10,080 nucleotides of DNA, from assembly GCA_043767805.1 (NCBI GenBank), contig JAYUGC010000152.1, positions 1 to 10,080 on the forward strand. Reading direction: 5' to 3'. The notes beneath the pieces were generated by a model that was not told the DNA's origin, searched no databases, and saw nothing but the letters and a program-made list of their open reading frames with translations. This document shows, piece after piece, positions 1-7,076 of this stretch; the first letter of the stretch is position 1; each line of letters starts with the position of its first letter. This DNA is from Pseudomonadota bacterium (GTDB taxonomy: Bacteria; Bdellovibrionota; FAC87; UBA2466). The position numbers and the translations under genes were made by a program.

Positions 1-70
1 TCAGCCGCCATTTGGTACCAAAAGGTGCCGGAGCTAGCTATGGCACCTTTTGGTACCAAATGGCGGCTGA
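1..70. repeat. Long palindrome: perfect 29-bp inverted repeat (1-29 / 42-70) around a 12-nt centre; may extend beyond the window start
   Basis: TCAGCCGCCATTTGGTACCAAAAGGTGCC (1-29) is the exact reverse complement of 42-70. The centre contains the self-complementary AGCTAGCT (32-39). Each arm holds a nested palindrome TTTGGTACCAAA (11-22, 49-60). It is followed by CCCTTTTTT (71-79), which is terminator-like on the + strand. Confidence 0.9.
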
Positions 71-157
71 CCCTTTTTTGGCGGTAGTTACATTATATAC
101 CGGGGGAGAGTTGGGTGCCGTTGCCGCTTTTGGGATGGTGTGGAAGGATGCGGAGCC

Positions 158-2353
158 ATGGGTCAAGAGATGAGCTTGGAAGAGAGCCGCCGCCGGCGGA
201 GGGAGAAGATCACGGTCGTGATCTTGACCCTCGTCATCGTCGTCTTCACGGCCATCGAAGTGCATCTTCTCAAGACTTCCGCCCAGCTCCCGTTCGTAAA
301 CAGCATCTTCTTCTTCGGGTTGATGAACCTGAACCTCATCCTGATCATGCTGCTGCTCTTTCTGGTTTTCAGAAACGCGGTGAAGCTGATTCTCGATGAG
401 CGGCGCCGAAAGACCGCGTCCCGGCTAAAAACCCGGCTCGTCTTCTGCTTCATCCTTTTCGCCATCATTCCCACGGTGCTGCTCTTCACCATTTCCGCGT
501 TCTACATCAAGAGCAGCTTCGATAAGTGGTTCAACGCGAAGATGGAAGGGACCCTCCGGCGGAGCATCGAAGTAGTGAAGAACTATTACGAAGGCACGGA
601 GACCAACGCGAATCATTTCGCCCGAAGGATCGCCCTGAAGCTCGCTTCCGGAAACAAGCTCGACGCGCCGATGTCGCGCTACCTGCAGGAAGCTCGCCTC
701 GAGTACGGCTTGGACGGGGTCGAGTTTTACGCCGACCCTTTTTCGCCGCGGGTCTCCACGACGCACCCGGAACGCTCTAAGTACATTCCGCCAGTGCCGC
801 TCGAGACTTTGAAACGGACTTTCGCGGGAACGGGTGAGTGCCGCATTCAAAACGTGGGCGGCGGCGAGCTCATTCGCTGCGGCGTTTTCATGGGCGTGGG
901 GAAGGGCGCCATTTTCGCGAGTTACTTTTTGCCGCTGGGGCTGGCGAGCCGGCTCGCCGACATCACGCTCACTTACGAAGATTACAAGAGCCATAACCCG
1001 CTCAACTATCCGATCAAGTCGACGTACTTCGCCATTCTTCTGATGGTGACGCTACTCATTCTCTTTACGGCCACCTGGACCGGATTTTACGTGGCAAGAA
1101 GGCTCACGGTTCCCATCGAGGAGCTCGCCAAGGGAACCGACGAAGTCGCGCGCGGAAATCTCGACTACCAGATTCCGCCCTCGGGAAACGACGAGCTCTT
1201 TCAGCTGGTCGAGTCCTTCAACCACATGATCCGAGACTTAAAGCACTCCAAGCAAGCGACGGAAGAGGCTCGTACCCATCTCGAAGTCCTTCTCGCCAGC
1301 GTGCAGTCGGGCGTGGTGTCTCTTGACGAGAACGGCCGTATCTCGATGATCAATCAGGCGGCGACCACACTTCTTCGTCACGACGCCGAAGTGCTACTCG
1401 GTAAGCCGTACTGGGCCATCATTCCAGAAGAGCACCGGCCCGAGTTCCGCGAGATCTTGCTCGCCGTGTACGGAACATCGAAAAGCGTTCGTCGCGAGCT
1501 GCGAATCAATACCGCGCGCGGCTCGATCACTTTGCTCGTCACGCTCAGCGCCCTTCGGGATGAAGGGAAGCGGCAGATGGGGGTCGTCGCCGTGTTCGAC
1601 GACGTGACCGACATCCAGAAGATGGAGCGCATGCTCGCCTGGCGCGAGGTCGCCAAGCGCATCGCTCACGAGATCAAAAACCCGCTTACGCCCATTCAGC
1701 TTTCTGTTCAGCGCCTGCGCCGGCGCTATCTCGACAAAATTCAGGACGATGGTACTTTCGACCAGGCAACCCAGATCATTCTCACCGAGGTCGATTCGCT
1801 GAAAACTCTAGTGAACGAGTTCTCCTCTTTCGCGCGCTTGCCCGAGATTCAGCAGAGGCCCGAGAGCTTAAATGAGATCACGCTCGAAGCCGCGAACCTC
1901 TACCGGGCGGCCCACGAGCGTATCGTTTTCGCAATCGATCTGGCCGAAGAGCTTCCCCCCATGCAGCTCGATCGCGCGCAGTTAAAACGCGTGCTCATCA
2001 ACCTGTTCGATAACGCCGTGGATGCCATGAAGCAGACGGGCCGGATCGAGGTATCTACCGACTGGGATAGAGAGGGAGGCCTCATCAAGCTCACCGTAGC
2101 GGATGAAGGTTGCGGTATAGACGAAGCGGTTTATAGTCAGGTTTTCGAGCCCTATTTCTCGACTAAACAGGGCGGCACGGGTCTGGGACTGGCCATCGTT
2201 CAGCGCATCGTCTCCGACCATGGGGGATTTGTCAGGGTGGGGCCGAATCGGCCCAGCGGTATGCGATTCACTTTGGAATTTCCCGAAACATTACGCATCG
2301 ATCCTCGCCGGGGGCTCACTAGAGAAAACCGGCCGGAAGAGACTTTGTCATGA
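158..2353 (+). CDS. ntrY: NtrY-family membrane sensor histidine kinase (TM helices, periplasmic domain, HAMP, PAS, HisKA, HATPase_c)
   Basis: Three N-terminal hydrophobic helices plus one after the periplasmic domain. HAMP (ARRLTVPIEELAKGTDEVARGNLD), PAS (LLASVQSGVVSLDENGRISMINQAA), NtrY-type H-box (AWREVAKRIAHEIKNPLTPIQLS), N-box (LINLFDNAVDAM), G1 (DEGCGI), F (FEPYFSTK) and G2 (GTGLGLAIV). The start is uncertain: GTG 140, ATG 158 (AAGGA at 144-148) or ATG 170. Confidence 0.88.
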   Translation: MGQEMSLEESRRRRREKITVVILTLVIVVFTAIEVHLLKTSAQLPFVNSIFFFGLMNLNLILIMLLLFLVFRNAVKLILDERRRKTASRLKTRLVFCFILFAIIPTVLLFTISAFYIKSSFDKWFNAKMEGTLRRSIEVVKNYYEGTETNANHFARRIALKLASGNKLDAPMSRYLQEARLEYGLDGVEFYADPFSPRVSTTHPERSKYIPPVPLETLKRTFAGTGECRIQNVGGGELIRCGVFMGVGKGAIFASYFLPLGLASRLADITLTYEDYKSHNPLNYPIKSTYFAILLMVTLLILFTATWTGFYVARRLTVPIEELAKGTDEVARGNLDYQIPPSGNDELFQLVESFNHMIRDLKHSKQATEEARTHLEVLLASVQSGVVSLDENGRISMINQAATTLLRHDAEVLLGKPYWAIIPEEHRPEFREILLAVYGTSKSVRRELRINTARGSITLLVTLSALRDEGKRQMGVVAVFDDVTDIQKMERMLAWREVAKRIAHEIKNPLTPIQLSVQRLRRRYLDKIQDDGTFDQATQIILTEVDSLKTLVNEFSSFARLPEIQQRPESLNEITLEAANLYRAAHERIVFAIDLAEELPPMQLDRAQLKRVLINLFDNAVDAMKQTGRIEVSTDWDREGGLIKLTVADEGCGIDEAVYSQVFEPYFSTKQGGTGLGLAIVQRIVSDHGGFVRVGPNRPSGMRFTLEFPETLRIDPRRGLTRENRPEETLS

Positions 2354-3705
2354 TTTTGCGGCGCTTACTCATCATCGACGACGAGGAAAACATCCTCGCC
2401 TCCTTAAAGGGAGTTCTGGAGGACGAGAAATTCGTCGTGCAGACGGCGAGCAATGGGGAAGAAGGCTTAAAGCAGCTCCGTCGTTTCGCGCCCGACGTCG
2501 TGCTCCTCGACATCTGGATGCCGGGCGAAGACGGGCTCAAAGTCCTCGAAAAAATTAAAAAGGCCGACCCCTCGGTGGTGGTCGTCATGATGTCCGGGCA
2601 CGGCACCGTCGAGACCGCGGTCAAAGCCATCAAGCTCGGCGCCTTCGATTTCCTCGAAAAACCGCTCCATTTCGACAAGGTTTTGGTCGTGCTCCAGCAC
2701 GCCTTCGTCCTCCGCTCGCTCAAAGACGAGAACCGCGATCTCAGAGAAAAGCTGCGTACGGAGGAGCCTCTCATCGGCGAGAGCGCGACCATGCAGCACC
2801 TAAAACACCTGATTTCCGTCGCGGCTCCGTCGAACGGCTGGGTGCTTATCCTAGGCGAGAACGGCACCGGAAAAGAGCTCGTGGCGCGCGCTCTGCACGA
2901 CGGCAGTCCCCGGTCTCAAAGCCGGTTCGTGGCGGTGAACTGCGCGGCCATCCCCGAAGAGCTCATCGAAAGCGAGCTTTTCGGCCATGAAAAAGGCTCG
3001 TTCACGGGAGCCGTGGAACGCAAAATCGGTAAGTTCGAGCAGGCCGACGGGGGCACCCTCTTTCTCGACGAGGTCGGGGACATGGGCCCCAAGATGCAGG
3101 CGAAGATTCTGCGCGCCCTTCAGGAATGCACGATTTCGCGCGTCGGTGGGAGCGAGCCCATCGAGGTCGATATCCGAGTCATCGCGGCGACCAATAAGGA
3201 TTTGCGCCAGAACATCAAGACGGGCGACTTCCGCGAAGACCTCTTCTACCGCTTGAACGTCATCCCGATTCAGGTACCTCCGCTTCGGGAGCGCAAAGCG
3301 GACTTGCCCCTTCTCGTGAGCCATTTTCTGCGCCGTTATTCCGCCGGAAAAACCATTGAAGTGGTGGGCGAAACCTATGAAATTCTAAAGAGTTACTCGT
3401 GGCCGGGGAACGTCCGGGAGCTCAAAAACTGGGTGGAGCGCGCTTGCATCCTCAACCAGACCAATGTCATAGACTCTTCGACTGTCGAGAGTATAGAATC
3501 GGGCGGGCAAGAAACAGATACTTTTGCCTTTGAGGAGAAGAGCTTACGGGCCGCGAGAGCGTCTTTCGAGAAGCACTTCATCCTCAAGATGCTGACCGAA
3601 AATGGGGGCAATATCTCCAAGACCGCGCAGATCATCGGCGTGGAACGGAGTCACCTCCATAAGAAGATGAGGAGCTATGGCATACGGGAGTTACCCAACT
3701 CTTGA
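2350..3705 (+). CDS. ntrX: NtrX/NtrC-family sigma-54-dependent response regulator (REC, AAA+, Fis-type HTH)
   Basis: REC domain ([15 protein letters not shown] phospho-Asp, MMSGHG, FLEKP). Walker [24 protein letters not shown] loop, Walker [26 protein letters not shown], and C-terminal HTH ([21 protein letters not shown]). ATGA overlap with the kinase stop codon. Confidence 0.88.
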   Translation: MILRRLLIIDDEENILASLKGVLEDEKFVVQTASNGEEGLKQLRRFAPDVVLLDIWMPGEDGLKVLEKIKKADPSVVVVMMSGHGTVETAVKAIKLGAFDFLEKPLHFDKVLVVLQHAFVLRSLKDENRDLREKLRTEEPLIGESATMQHLKHLISVAAPSNGWVLILGENGTGKELVARALHDGSPRSQSRFVAVNCAAIPEELIESELFGHEKGSFTGAVERKIGKFEQADGGTLFLDEVGDMGPKMQAKILRALQECTISRVGGSEPIEVDIRVIAATNKDLRQNIKTGDFREDLFYRLNVIPIQVPPLRERKADLPLLVSHFLRRYSAGKTIEVVGETYEILKSYSWPGNVRELKNWVERACILNQTNVIDSSTVESIESGGQETDTFAFEEKSLRAARASFEKHFILKMLTENGGNISKTAQIIGVERSHLHKKMRSYGIRELPNS

Positions 3706-4768
3706 TCTCACCAATGGGATCAAGCGCCGCAAGACCCGTGAAATCACCGTCGGGACTGTGAAGCTGGGTGGGGAGAACCCCATCCGCGTGCAATCCATGA
3801 CGACGCCGAAGACCGCGGATGTGGCCGCGGTGGTAGCTCAGGTGAAAGATCTCGAAGCGGCCGGCTGCGAAATCATTCGCATCACCGTGAATCACGAAGA
3901 AGCCTCCGACGCGCTTCCCGCCATTCTCAAGGAATTGACCATCCCGGTCATCGCCGACGTGCATTTCGATTACAAAATGGCGCTCGCCTCTCTCAAGACG
4001 GACGTTGCCTGCGTGCGCATCAATCCGGGCAATATCGGCGCCGAGTGGAAGACGCTCGAAATCGTGAAGATGGCGCGCGACTTAGGGAAAGCCATCCGCA
4101 TCGGCGTGAACGCGGGCTCTCTCGAAAAACCTCTTCTGAAAAAGTACGGGCACCCCACCTCCGACGCTTTGGTGGAGAGCGCGCTGGCCGCGGTCGCGCT
4201 GCTCGAAGGCCAGAATTTTTATAATTTCAAAATTTCCATCAAGTCCTCGAACGTCATCGAGAACTTCATCGCTTACACGAAGCTTTCCGCGCAAACCGAA
4301 GCGCCCATGCACATCGGCGTGACGGAAGCGGGCACTCGCCACTACGGCGCCGTGAAATCCGCGGTTGGATTGGGCAGCCTTCTCATGATGGGCATCGGCG
4401 ACACGCTCCGCGTGTCTCTCAGCACCGATCCGGTCGAGGAAGTAAAAACCGGCGTTTATATTTTGAAGTCGTTGGGCTTAAAAAACGATACTCCCGAGAT
4501 CATCGCGTGCCCGAGCTGCGGCCGCGCCGATATCGACGTGTACAAGCTTGCCGAAGAAGTCGAGCGCCGCGCGCTCGGCATGAAGAAGAACATCAAGATC
4601 GCCGTCATGGGTTGTGTGGTTAACGGCCCGGGTGAGTCCATGGAAGCCGACATCGGCATCGCCGGTGGTAAGGGCGAAGGGCTCGTCTACAAAAAGGGCG
4701 TCGCGATCAAAAAAGTCCCCGAGGCCGAGATGCTCGGCTACCTAATGTCCGAAATCGAGAAAATGTAA
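3677..4768 (+). CDS. ispG: (E)-4-hydroxy-3-methylbut-2-enyl-diphosphate synthase (MEP pathway, [4Fe-4S])
   Basis: Motifs VQSMT, ADVHFD, RINPGN, IRIGVNAGSL, HIGVTEAG, GIGDTLRVSL, and Fe-S ligands CPSCGR and AVMGCVVNGPGE. At 363 aa it is the two-domain form. The start overlaps ntrX by 29 nt, with GAGGAG at 3669-3674. Confidence 0.96.
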   Translation: MAYGSYPTLDLTNGIKRRKTREITVGTVKLGGENPIRVQSMTTPKTADVAAVVAQVKDLEAAGCEIIRITVNHEEASDALPAILKELTIPVIADVHFDYKMALASLKTDVACVRINPGNIGAEWKTLEIVKMARDLGKAIRIGVNAGSLEKPLLKKYGHPTSDALVESALAAVALLEGQNFYNFKISIKSSNVIENFIAYTKLSAQTEAPMHIGVTEAGTRHYGAVKSAVGLGSLLMMGIGDTLRVSLSTDPVEEVKTGVYILKSLGLKNDTPEIIACPSCGRADIDVYKLAEEVERRALGMKKNIKIAVMGCVVNGPGESMEADIGIAGGKGEGLVYKKGVAIKKVPEAEMLGYLMSEIEKM

Positions 4769-4771
4769 GGA
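4766..4771 (+). promoter_or_regulatory. Shine-Dalgarno-like TAAGGA for proS, overlapping the ispG stop codon
   Basis: TAAGGA-TTT-ATG, where the TAA is the ispG stop (4766-4768). Confidence 0.6.
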
Positions 4772-4774
4772 TTT

Positions 4775-6205
4775 ATGGCGGAACGTATCACTCCCCGGGA
4801 GAAGGATTTCTCCCAATGGTATCTCGACATCATCACCCACGCGAAGCTCGCCGACGAAAGCGGAGTCCGCGGCTGCATGGTGATTCGCCCCAACGGCTAC
4901 GCGCTTTGGGAAGTGGTCCAACAGAATTTGGACAAACGATTTAAAGAGACCGGCCACCGGAACGCTTACTTTCCGATGTTCATTCCGGAAAGCCTTCTGA
5001 AAAAAGAGAAGGACCACGTGGAAGGCTTCGCGCCCGAGTGCGCGGTCGTCACCCACGGCGGCGGCAAGAAGTTGGAAGAGCCGCTCATCGTGCGGCCCAC
5101 CTCCGAAGTCATCATCAACTCGATGTACTCGAAGTGGATCCAGAGCTACCGCGATTTGCCGGTGCTCATCAACCAATGGGCGAACGTAGTGCGCTGGGAG
5201 ATGCGGACCCGCCCGTTTCTCCGCACCCTCGAGTTTCTCTGGCAAGAAGGCCATACCTGTCATGCCGACGAGGACGAGGCTCGCAAGGAATCGATGAAGA
5301 TGCTCGACGTCTATCAGACGTTCATGAGGGACATCCTCGCCATTCCGGGCATCCCGGGACAAAAGACCGAGAACGAGAAATTCGCGGGCGCTTTGCAGAC
5401 TTATTCCGTCGAGACCATGATGCAGGACAAGAAAGCCCTGCAAGCGTGCACGACGCATTACTTCGGCACCAAATTCGCCGAAGTGTTCAATATCAAGTTC
5501 CAGAGCAAAGAAGGTAAGCAGCAGTACGTGCACCAGACGTCTTGGGGCATGTCGACCCGGATCATCGGCGCGCTGATCATGACCCATAGTGATGACCAAG
5601 GGCTCGTGCTTCCGCCGAAAGCGGCGCCAACCCAAATCGTCATCGTGTCCATCACCCAAAAGAACAAAGACAATACCCGCGTTCTCGAAGTGTCTCGCCA
5701 GATCCACAAGGATTTACTCGCGGCCGGTTTCCGGGTGGAGCTCGACGATCGTGAGGGACAGTCGGCTGGCTTTAAGTTCAACGAATGGGAAGTGCAAGGC
5801 ATTCCCCTTCGGGTCGAAGTCGGCCCGCGCGACCTCGAACAGAATCTCGTGACGCTTGCCCGCCGCGACGGCATCAAGGTGCAATCCAAGCTCGAGGAAG
5901 TGGTGGGCGCCATCGGCCCGATCTTGGACCGGCTGCAAAAAGATCTCTACGTGAAGGCCGCCGATCGCCTGAAGAACAACACGTTCCTCGAAGACGACTA
6001 CAAAAAGTTCCAGGAGCGGCTAGAGGGCGAGGGCGGTTTCTACCAACTTCACTGGTGCGGCAACGGCGATTGCGAAAAGAAGATTAAAGAAGAGACGAAA
6101 GCCACGAGCCGCTGCATTCCTTTCGATCAAATCAAGGAAGCCGGCAAGTGCATCCGTTGCGGAAGCCCTTCGAACGGTCGCGTCATCTTCGCCCGCAATT
6201 ACTGA
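4775..6205 (+). CDS. proS: Proline--tRNA ligase, archaeal/eukaryote-like type (no INS editing domain, C-terminal Zn-binding domain)
   Basis: DFSQWYLDII, VRGCMVIRPNGY, HVEGFAPE, VRPTSE, motif 2 NQWANVVRWEMRTRPFLRTLEFLWQEGHT, motif 3 QTSWGMSTRIIGA, anticodon-binding domain (GIPLRVEVGPRD), Cys-rich C-terminal domain (WCG..C..RC..CIRCG) and terminal ARNY. Length 476 aa. Confidence 0.96.
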   Translation: MAERITPREKDFSQWYLDIITHAKLADESGVRGCMVIRPNGYALWEVVQQNLDKRFKETGHRNAYFPMFIPESLLKKEKDHVEGFAPECAVVTHGGGKKLEEPLIVRPTSEVIINSMYSKWIQSYRDLPVLINQWANVVRWEMRTRPFLRTLEFLWQEGHTCHADEDEARKESMKMLDVYQTFMRDILAIPGIPGQKTENEKFAGALQTYSVETMMQDKKALQACTTHYFGTKFAEVFNIKFQSKEGKQQYVHQTSWGMSTRIIGALIMTHSDDQGLVLPPKAAPTQIVIVSITQKNKDNTRVLEVSRQIHKDLLAAGFRVELDDREGQSAGFKFNEWEVQGIPLRVEVGPRDLEQNLVTLARRDGIKVQSKLEEVVGAIGPILDRLQKDLYVKAADRLKNNTFLEDDYKKFQERLEGEGGFYQLHWCGNGDCEKKIKEETKATSRCIPFDQIKEAGKCIRCGSPSNGRVIFARNY

Positions 6206-6227
6206 TTCGGGCCAACGGCCCGAATCA
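6203..6227 (+). terminator. Hairpin starting at the proS stop codon (possible terminator or 3'-stabilising stem)
   Basis: TGATTCGGGCC-AAC-GGCCCGAATCA is a perfect 11-bp stem with a 3-nt loop. No U-tract follows directly. Confidence 0.55.
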
Positions 6228-6321
6228 TCCTGAGCAAAGCGAAGGATCTTAGCTCATAACGTGGATCTCTGATGGGAGGTTCTTCCTTTTTAGGCGAGAC
6301 CCTTCGGCTGACGCCTCAGGA
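6225..6321. repeat. Degenerate REP-like intergenic palindromic element of the TCATCCTGAGC..GCGAAGGATCT / AGATCCTTCG..CTCAGGATGA type
   Basis: Left arm TCATCCTGAGCAAAGCGAAGGATCT (6225-6249) and right arm GAGACCCTTCGGCTGACGCCTCAGGA (6296-6321). TCCTGAG pairs with CTCAGGA, and CGAAGGATCT pairs with AGACCCTTCG with one mismatch. It resembles a widespread bacterial intergenic repeat type recalled from memory, not database-verified. Confidence 0.65.
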
Positions 6322-6350
6322 CAGTTTCTCTACGAGAAACTGGCTATAAT
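6322..6350 (+). promoter_or_regulatory. Putative promoter of the OMP gene: perfect -10 TATAAT preceded by a 9-3-9 inverted repeat (possible operator)
   Basis: TATAAT at 6345-6350 with CAGTTTCTC-TAC-GAGAAACTG at 6322-6342 covering the expected -35/spacer region. There is no consensus -35. Confidence 0.5.
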
Positions 6351-6356
6351 AGTTGA

Positions 6357-7046
6357 GTGCCTCCCTCCACTCGACTCCTCCTGGTCACCGCACTCGCGGT
6401 ATGTCTAGCTATCGCTCGCGCGGCCCATGCCGCTGAGCGCCAAGAGCCCGTGCCTGCGCCGACGGCCGAGGCCGCTGGGGCGGCTGAAAAGCCGGTCATC
6501 GACATGGAGCATGCGGAAACGTTCATCGACGTTTCCGAGGCCATTCGTAGCCGCCAATACGTGCAGCGCACCATCCTTTCCACCGTCATCCGCGCCACCA
6601 CCAAGTTCTCGATGGATCGGTTTTATGTGAACCATTTGATGGGCTTTAGCTCCGTCATCCAAGCGAGCGGTAAGTCATCCTCGGGCCTACAGGGGCTCGC
6701 GACCGGTTACGTCAGCAGTGGGGGACATGGGTTTGAGGTCGGGGCCGAGTTCTCGGCGGTGAGTAACGTGTACGCGGGGTACCGCTATATCTATCGCCCC
6801 GATAACTTCTCGCTCTGGCCGATTCTTGGCTTCGGGGCCGGGATGGAAGTCAATGCGTTGAACATTTCCAAGCCGCCCCGGTTCAATCCGGACAACCCGG
6901 TAATCCCCAAGTCCCTCTTTTACGGGATGGCGGGACTGCTCATTCCGCTGGTGGACGTGGGTCTGCGCGCGGAAGTCCGTTTCTCAGTTCAGGGCATGAG
7001 ACGGCTCATCCTCACCCAAGGTCTCGGGCTGATCGTGTTTCTCTAA
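6357..7046 (+). CDS. Hypothetical secreted protein, probable 8-stranded outer-membrane beta-barrel (OmpA-like/OMP_b-brl fold)
   Basis: Sec signal peptide (R, LLLVTALAVCLAIA, AHA cleavage site) and a Pro/Ala-rich linker. About 8 amphipathic Gly/aromatic strands follow: FYVNHLMGF, GLQGLATGYV, GFEVGAEF, VYAGYRYIY, LWPILGFGAG, FYGMAGLLIP, VGLRAEVRF, QGLGLIVF. GTG start. Confidence 0.7.
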   Translation: MPPSTRLLLVTALAVCLAIARAAHAAERQEPVPAPTAEAAGAAEKPVIDMEHAETFIDVSEAIRSRQYVQRTILSTVIRATTKFSMDRFYVNHLMGFSSVIQASGKSSSGLQGLATGYVSSGGHGFEVGAEFSAVSNVYAGYRYIYRPDNFSLWPILGFGAGMEVNALNISKPPRFNPDNPVIPKSLFYGMAGLLIPLVDVGLRAEVRFSVQGMRRLILTQGLGLIVFL

Positions 7047-7072
7047 TCTCTTAAAAGGTACCTTTTAAGAGA
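7047..7072. terminator. Perfect 26-bp palindrome between convergent genes (probable bidirectional terminator/processing stem)
   Basis: TCTCTTAAAAGGTACCTTTTAAGAGA is identical to its reverse complement. It fills 26 of the 30 nt between the stops at 7046 and 7077. Confidence 0.6.
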
Positions 7073-7076
7073 GGGC

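Noticed and set aside
41..56. Sigma-54 promoter (TGGCAC) upstream of ntrY
   Set aside because: The -12 GC element is missing at the required spacing, and the TGGCAC is part of the palindrome.
1..70. CRISPR repeat or tRNA interpretation of the palindromes here and at 6203-6342
   Set aside because: There are no regularly spaced direct repeats with spacers, no cloverleaf or T-loop consensus, and no cas genes.
38..265. 75-aa - strand ORF and 115-399 + strand ORF near the window start
   Set aside because: They overlap ntrY, the first also runs into the palindrome, and neither has coding hallmarks.
4742..5707. 321-aa - strand ORF, along with the other short alternative-frame ORFs overlapping ntrY, ntrX, ispG, proS and rng
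   Set aside because: They fully overlap well-supported genes, have no recognisable motifs, and are expected in GC-rich DNA with biased codon usage.
6274..6291. GGGAG-GTT-CTTCC plus TTTTT as an intrinsic terminator
   Set aside because: The stem is only 5 bp with a G-U pair, too weak to call.
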